From assembly GCA_002104945.1 (NCBI GenBank), contig MCFH01000062.1, positions 186,001 to 250,000 of the forward strand: a stretch of 64,000 bases of DNA, read 5' to 3'. The stretch comes from Piromyces finnis finn. Lineage: Eukaryota; Fungi; Neocallimastigomycota. Positions 56,881 through 64,000 of this stretch are shown piece by piece (the stretch's first letter is position 1; each line of letters opens with the position of its first letter). The translations under genes and the position numbers were made by a program. The notes beneath the pieces are model-generated. The model had not been told where the DNA came from, searched no databases, and worked only from the letters and a program-made list of their open reading frames with translations.

Positions 56881-57660
56881 GATATTTTAAATGTCATTAT
56901 CTTACAATATTAACTTGTTATAATTTTACTGGTATATCTACTTATTTTAATTTGAAGTAAAGAAATACATAATTGAGGAATATTTTATTCATTAGTTTGA
57001 TATTCTATGATTATCACTACATTAAAATATATTATCATGAAAATATTATTTCACTATATTTTAAAGGATAAGCAATTGAGAAAAATGAATGAAAACATTA
57101 GAATATGTTATTTATTATTTATATAGGTATTAATACTTATCGTATATGTTATGGAAAATTATTCATTATTATGAAAATTTGATGCAAAATGAATGAAATT
57201 TTATGAAATTTAAATTTCTCTTTTTCAAATCTAAGTATTTATTACTAAACATCTAGATTTGAGGGGGAAGTAGTGAATATACGAAATTTAAAATTCAAGA
57301 TAATAATTTTTGTTTCTAGTTAAACATTGGAAATAACTAAAACATTGCATAGAAACTAAGGCTTAATAAATAGAATGAATTGAAATTCAAATTGTAAAAA
57401 TTTATAAGATTCAATATGTAAAAATGAAAAGAACAAAATTTCAAATAAAAAGTAAAATATTCTTAAATATTATAAGAATAATTAATCAATACAAAAGGCA
57501 TAAAAGGAAGGAAAAACACCTAAAAGAAAATGTTAAAATTCAATATACATAAACTAAATAACTATTAAGAATTTAATTAAAATTTTACCATTATTAATTA
57601 GTATTTACAAATAGATTGAAATACAATTATGCTAATATTCTAAAGAAAATTGTAATTATA

Positions 57661-57895
57661 AGGACATAAAACCAGAGAGTTATCCATAGGTTGTCCGAAG
57701 AACGTAAAACCAAGAAGATTAACCATAGGTTGTTAAGAGAACGTAAAACCAAAAAGAGTTATCCATATGTGTTGTCATAAGGACGTAAAATCAAAGGTTA
57801 ACCATGAGTTGTTAAGAAAACGTAAAACCAAAGAGGTAAACCATGCGTTGTCATAAGGACGTAAAATCAAAGAGATAAACCATGTGTTGTCTATA
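57661..57895 (+). repeat. ~6 degenerate ~40-bp tandem repeats (ACGTAAAACCAAAGAG.TAACCATG.GTTGTC) in the element's 3' region
   Basis: Recurring acgtaaaa(c/t)caa and ccat..gttgt blocks. Confidence 0.8.
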
Positions 57896-58262
57896 ATTCT
57901 GTGTAAATCTCAGAGAGATTACCAATATAGTTTATAGGATAATGTAAAACCGGAAGGGTTTTCAATCCTTAATGGATGGTATAACAATTTATGAATATCC
58001 AATCCAAATTTTAAACTTTAATACTACCAAATTATACAAAGGTTTTCAGTTTATCCATAAAAACGAAGTTATAGGGTAATATTTAAATTCTTTAAAGCAA
58101 TTAGCGAATAATATATGTGAAATATTTTAAATTCCAATTAATGAAATATAAAAATTTTAAACATTAGATTTAGTTTATAGTTAATAGTTTAGAAATAATA
58201 AAATGCACATATTCACCAGCAAACCAAATTTTACTTAGTAGAAAATTAGGTTTGAGGGGGAA

Positions 58263-58479
58263 TGTTAGAATATGTGAAACGTTATGTCACATGTATTCAA
58301 ATGTATTGAAATGTATTAAAACGTATTTGTATATATTGTATTTGATTATATGTTTAAGCCACAATGTAAATGTATAAATACATGTAGTTTTAGAAGAATG
58401 TAACGCAAGTAGTTCTTTATCATAAAATATATTAATAAAGTTGACATAATTATAAACCTAAATTAAACAACTCTTAATA
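58263..58479 (+). repeat. 3' LTR (217 bp)
   Basis: Follows the PPT and is followed by TSD AATAC. Confidence 0.93.
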
Positions 58480-58712
58480 AATACATAGTCTTAATTATTA
58501 ATAATAATAATAATAATAATAAAGAAATAAAAAAAATATCCTATTGTCCCTATTGTCTTATTATGTTATTAATAAAAATTATAAATATATATATATTTAT
58601 AATTTTACTAGATTGGTAGAACTAGAACAGTGATTTTAAAATAATTTATAAAATCTATATAATTATTATTGCATAATATTATATATTATATAATATTATT
58701 ATTATTAATTCA

Positions 58713-59192
58713 TTTTCAACTTCCAAATTATAATTATCGAATTCGGTTTCTAAATCGTCCTCTTCAATTCTTTCATATTTTTTATTTATGTTCATTTTAA
58801 TTTTCTTTTTGTTCTGTTTTGTAATTAACTTTATTGACTACCTTCAAACTATAGAGTTCCTGACTTTTTTTAAATAATTAAATTTTTAAATGTTATAAAA
58901 AATAATGAATAATGAGGCATGATGAATTGATATGATAAATAAAAAAAATTAAGCAAATCAATTCATTGGATAATAATAATTATGAAAAAAATGTATTAAA
59001 ATAATTTGTAAATGAATCTTTTGTAGGTAGCTATGATTTTTACTTTTTTTTTAAATACATTCAATTACGTGAAGTGATTCTAATAATTAATCTTATAATG
59101 TGTTAATATATTATTATTAATTATGAATCATTGCTTATAGATGGCACTATTAAAATTCTAATAACTTTTATTTAAATATTGAAAATGTGGCT
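58713..59192 (-). pseudogene. Partial duplicate of the acyltransferase 5' end and upstream region
   Basis: Direct repeat of 63521-64000 (offset 4808). It covers only the first ~27 codons plus upstream DNA. Confidence 0.88.
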
Positions 59193-61912
59193 AACTTTTA
59201 ATTAGATGATTCATTATCACTTTAAATTTTTAATTGAATCTTTTTATTTATGATTTATAATTATATAAAAACAATTTATTATAATATATATTGATTTATT
59301 TACCTTTAATACTAACCAGATTAAGTAACCAATCACCAAAATACTATAAATAAATAAAACTTTATATATCGTATAAAAAAATTTTTTATTAATCTAATTG
59401 AATTTAAATTGCTTAATTCTTATAATTTACTACAATAAATTACGTAGTATAATTCATGTATAATATATCCCTAACCCTATATATTACAGCCAAATCAATT
59501 CAATTAAAAACTATAAATAAAGATAGTTTTATCAGCATAAATATGAAAATTGTCTTTATTTATAGTTTTTAATTGAAGTTAGAAAATATCAATTAATATT
59601 TTATATTACCATGATATATTGATTTATATTTATAATTAATATTACTATTTAATAAATCATAAAAAAACGTATAGGATAGTTAAGATATATTAATGATATA
59701 AATTAAACTATTTATTAATAAATATATAATTTGTTAAATGACTATTAAACTATTCCATATAGATTAAATTTTAAAAAGTTAATAGTTCTATTTCTAATAA
59801 TGTATACATTTTATTGATATTTTTTTATATCGTTTATTATATATATTGCCTTTTTTTGCAATATTTTTTTTTTTTACTTCATTTTATGGAAATACATTAT
59901 AATATACCTAAAATTAATAATACAACATAGTACAGTACTTTTATTAATTTTCTAATAAAATATGTATTATTAAGAATATTTAATGTTTTTCCATTTCTTA
60001 TGAAATAATAGAAGTTTTATATAAAAAGATGGTAGTTTTTTTTTGATGATTTAATTAACAAAAAATAAATGATTTAAACCACTTTAAATTAATCAACTAT
60101 ATTAACTCTATATTGATCCATATATTTATATTGAAATTAATATATTAAATTAATTTAATTCCATTTATTTAATTAATGTCTTACAAAACCATTGGATGGA
60201 TGATCTTTACCAAAAAAAAAAATTCAATTCAAAGAAATATTTTTACATTAAATTCAATTTAAATTTTATTATTTAATAGAGTTAATTAATTAAATAAAGA
60301 TAAATGGTAATAATATATTACTGTATATTAAAATTTTTTGATTCATATATTAATTCAATATATTATCATTATTTTAAAATATATTTTATATATTTTTTTA
60401 ACTAAAACCAAGGATAAAAAAATTAAATTAAATTCAATATATTAAAAAATACACAGTAAAAAGTCTTGTCTTTTCTTTATAAATAAGAAGTATTCAAAAA
60501 CTTAAAGCCATAATATAATTATTAATATTTATTATGTTTATAAGTCATGTTAATGGACTAGTTGTATATTCAGCTAAAATATTATTGTTAATTATCATGA
60601 AACTAGACAATGACTGAAATTAATGTATTTTACATTTACCATACATTTTAATTTATTTTACATACTTTGTTAATCCAATAAAATAGAGAGTTTGAGTTTA
60701 TTTTAACCTTAATTTTTATATAAAAAATAATATATTAATAAAATCATAATTCATATTATTTATATTATTAATTTATTAATATATTGTATTTAAATATTTT
60801 TATTAGTGCATTGATGCTTAAAATATTAGAAATTATAAGTATTACGTCATTCCTTTTAACTCTTTACTTTTTATATATTTCAAATATATTTTTTTTATTA
60901 AACCTTAATCTTTTTCTGACAATAAATGCATTCATACATTCATAGTTTATTTCATATATTACTATATATAACTTTTATTTAATGGCTATAGCTTTATTCA
61001 ATTATTCTTTTTTTTTTTTTAATAAAACCGGATATTGATAATATTGATTTTATTTTATTTTTAATGAATACCTTCTATTTAATGAAACATGTTATTTTTT
61101 TTTTAAATAAAAAAGTCAATAGTAAAAAAAATGTTTATGTATACATAATTGTAAAAATACAAAAAAATTGAGAAAAAAAATGAATAAAATGAAGGAAATA
61201 CTATGAAAACTTAAAACACAGATTAAATAATTTATTACCAAAATAAATTAATTATTAAATTTAAATACTTTACATAGACAGTAATGGCAATACAGATATT
61301 AAGCATTAATACTAATACAATCAAACCATTGACAACATAATATTATATTATAAAGATACACTAGTAAAACGGTGAACATAAAAGAAAAAATTTTAGTTGG
61401 ATCTATAAGTAATTCATATACCCATAGATCCAATTGAAAGTTATCAAATGCTTTTATATATTTTTTTAATTATAAATAGATAGATATGAATATAATATAT
61501 TTTCTAAACTTTGAAAATATGAAATATTATACTAATATTATATTTGTTATTAAAAGATAAACTATCTTTGAAAAATGGAATATAGAAATATCCTTTATTC
61601 AATTTTATGAATTATTATATTATATATAAATATTGAGATGTTGAATTTTTTAATAGACTCCAATTACTTAAAAGTATTTATAATTTGTAAAAAAAATAAA
61701 ATAGACATTAATATGAAAATTGAAAAAAATAATAAATAATTATTATATTGAAACCCTTTTTTCTTTTAATATTGTTTTGTTTATTATGATTAATTTTATA
61801 CAGATACCAAATTTGAATTGATATTTTTCTAATAATTAATATTAGTAGATCTATACTAATAATCCTCTGCAGATATTACTAAACCATTTTTCTTTTCCTT
61901 ATATCTAAACTT

Positions 61913-61955
61913 AATGATCCTAATGTTTCTACAGATGAACTTTCCAAAGAATTTA
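61913..61955 (+). mobile_element. Tiny LINE relic
   Basis: aatgatcctaatgtttctacagatgaactttccaaaga is the reverse complement of ~46591-46628 (codons NDPNVSTDELSKE). Confidence 0.7.
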
Positions 61956-62067
61956 TAATTCAGAAAAATAATTAAAGTTTTTAAAAATTTGATTTTATTA
62001 CTTTATCCATTGTATTTTCCTTAAGAATGATATAATAGCTTATTTACATTTTTATACTATTACTCTA

Positions 62068-62083
62068 ATTATTATTATTATTA

Positions 62084-62150
<67 letters not shown>
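62068..62150. repeat. (ATT)n microsatellite
   Basis: Direct inspection. Confidence 0.92.
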
Positions 62151-62152
<2 letters not shown>

Positions 62153-62274
62153 CTATTTATATAATATATTCAATTAAAAATATCTATATCTACAAAGTTT
62201 AAACTTTTCTTGTTACTTTTTTTTTAATAAAAGATTATTAAAATTAATAAACTGTAAGTTTTTTTTTAGCAATA

Positions 62275-63603
62275 TTACATAAACTGTTTTATGAATGGGA
62301 TTTTTCTTAATAAATGAACTAAAACAAAACATGTAGCATAAATGATTGAAGAATAGATTGGAACCCAATAAATTGGATTAAACATTTGAGAATGGAAATT
62401 CAATTTATAAAAGATATGATAGATTGTTAGATGAATTAAATAAACGCCCATGGAATAATCTGAAAACACTTTTAGGATTCTTAAAAAACCTTGTCCTCTT
62501 TTGGATACCCAATCATTAACAGCATATTTAAAGAAGACAAAAAATCCATAGGCTGCCATGCATACATTAAAATTGTAGTATTTTGAAAGGTTATGAACAT
62601 TTTTATTATAGTGATAGCAAGAGATAAATCTAAAGGCTATTGAAAGAACAGAACCTATCAATCCAATAAGATAGGAAAGGTAAATGTATCTCTTTTTTGA
62701 AAATTCATGACTAGCAACCATATAGCCAATTACATAATAACCTAAATAATTACCGGCAGTATAAAGGACAAGATTTTCAACATATTTTTGAAAAACGTCC
62801 AAGTCTATACCGAAAACAATAATAAAAAACTGATAAACAGTTGGAACAATTTGTGCAACAATGCAACATAAGGCAACAAGGTACCATCCTAAAGTTCTAT
62901 CTTTGACAATCGGGCGATAGAGTGGTGTTGTAAGATATATACCTATTGTAAAATTTAAATACCAAAGATGGCCACCACCTCTTATAATACACACTTTAAT
63001 TATTTCGATAATCAAGTCCTTATTAAATGTATAGTGTTTATCGTCATACTTTAAAATATATTTATCAAAAATACCGTAATAGAGAGTCCAAAATAAGTAG
63101 CATTTAAAAATTCTTGGAATATACTTTTTAAATATCATTTCGAGAGTCATTTTCTTTTTAGGGTCCAAAAAGAGCATACCACTAATCATAATAAATAATG
63201 GAACACATGGTCTTGCAAAAGCACAGAAAGCTATCAATATTCTACCATTAAAGCTCTTATAGTTTATTTTTGGCTTTAAAAGAATGTTACAACAATGAAT
63301 AAAAACCACTAAATAACTAGAAAATACTCTTAAACAATCAACCCAATAGAGTCTTGTTGGCTTTTGACTTTCTTTATTTTTAAAATTTTCAACTTTTAAA
63401 GTTTCTACATTAATTATTGGAAGTTCTTCCTCGACAACAGTTGATTCATTACTACTATCTATGACTTTGTAATTATTATTATCATTATCATTGTTATTAA
63501 AAGATATTTCTAAATGTTCTTTTTCAACTTCCAAATTAAAATTGTCGAATTCGGTTTCTAAATCGTCCTCTTCACTTCTTTCATATTTTTTATTTATGTT
63601 CAT
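62275..63603 (-). CDS. Acyltransferase-3 family (OafA/YiaH-like) multi-pass membrane O-acyltransferase
   Basis: WVDCLRVFSSYLVVFIH, RPCVPLFIMISG, GHLWYL, SDYSMGVYLIH, and about 10 hydrophobic segments. Intronless. Confidence 0.88.
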   Translation of the reverse strand: MNINKKYERSEEDDLETEFDNFNLEVEKEHLEISFNNNDNDNNNYKVIDSSNESTVVEEELPIINVETLKVENFKNKESQKPTRLYWVDCLRVFSSYLVVFIHCCNILLKPKINYKSFNGRILIAFCAFARPCVPLFIMISGMLFLDPKKKMTLEMIFKKYIPRIFKCYLFWTLYYGIFDKYILKYDDKHYTFNKDLIIEIIKVCIIRGGGHLWYLNFTIGIYLTTPLYRPIVKDRTLGWYLVALCCIVAQIVPTVYQFFIIVFGIDLDVFQKYVENLVLYTAGNYLGYYVIGYMVASHEFSKKRYIYLSYLIGLIGSVLSIAFRFISCYHYNKNVHNLSKYYNFNVCMAAYGFFVFFKYAVNDWVSKRGQGFLRILKVFSDYSMGVYLIHLTIYHIFYKLNFHSQMFNPIYWVPIYSSIIYATCFVLVHLLRKIPFIKQFM

Positions 63604-64000
63604 TTTAATTTTCTTTTTGTTCTGTTTTATAATTAACTTTATTGACTACCTTCAAACTATAGAGTTCCTGACTTTTTTTAAATAATTAAATTTTTAAATG
63701 TTATAAAAAATAATGAATAATGAGGCATGATGAATTGATATGATAAATAAAAAAAATTAAGCAAATCAATTCATTGGATAATAATAATTATGAAAAAAAT
63801 GTATTAAAATAATTTGTAAATGAATCTTTTGTAGGTAGCTATGATTTTTACTTTTTTTTTAAATACATTCAATTACGTGAAGTGATTCTAATAATTAATC
63901 TTATAATGTGTTAATATATTATTATTAATTATTAATCATTGCTTATAAATGGCACTATTAAAATTCTAATAACTTTTATTTAAATATTGAAAATGTGGCT

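Larger units (their letters stand above)
53657..58479 (+). mobile_element. Non-autonomous Ty1/copia-like LTR element carrying a cargo gene
   Basis: 217-bp direct repeats starting TGTTAGAA, identical by eye. TSD AATAC at 53652-53656 and 58480-58484. PPT GAGGGGGAA at 58254-58262. RNase H remnant NQLADIL at ~56805. Confidence 0.9.

Noticed and set aside
57661-57895. CRISPR array
   Set aside because: The units are contiguous degenerate tandem repeats without unique spacers, the context is eukaryotic, and there are no cas genes.

Overview
This is extremely AT-rich eukaryotic DNA. Base composition, CBM18/hevein genes, expanded ankyrin genes and bacterial-type genes are most consistent with an anaerobic gut fungus (Neocallimastigomycota); that assignment is an inference. 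Layout: (1) 1-12070 is a three-level nest of Ty3/gypsy chromoviruses: a decayed element, an inverted solo LTR inserted in it, and an intact element with near-identical LTRs and a Tf1-like self-priming site inserted in that solo LTR. The outer element truncates a secreted Ser/Thr-rich, pore-forming-toxin-like gene. (2) ~16301-39566 is a giant inverted repeat with two ~11.5-kb arms. It is centred on two head-to-head copies of a short, intronless, virus-like RNA polymerase largest-subunit gene (QADFDGD; ends just after the bridge helix). Each arm also carries a non-canonical uracil-DNA glycosylase, a CBM18 protein, a GPI-like protein, an ankyrin protein and a huge secreted protein. (3) ~42-52 kb holds a decayed bacterial-type glycoside-hydrolase-like gene, an intact single-ORF LINE with structured 123-bp 5' monomers, and a 6xCBM18 mucin-like gene. 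(4) 53657-58479 is a non-autonomous copia-like LTR element with apparently identical 217-bp LTRs and a perfect TSD. Its own pol is destroyed, but it carries an intact secreted cargo gene with colicin-M-like motifs. (5) A bacterial-type acyltransferase-3 gene with a partial duplicate closes the window. The two most notable systems are the RNAP/UDG palindrome and the toxin-carrying LTR element.
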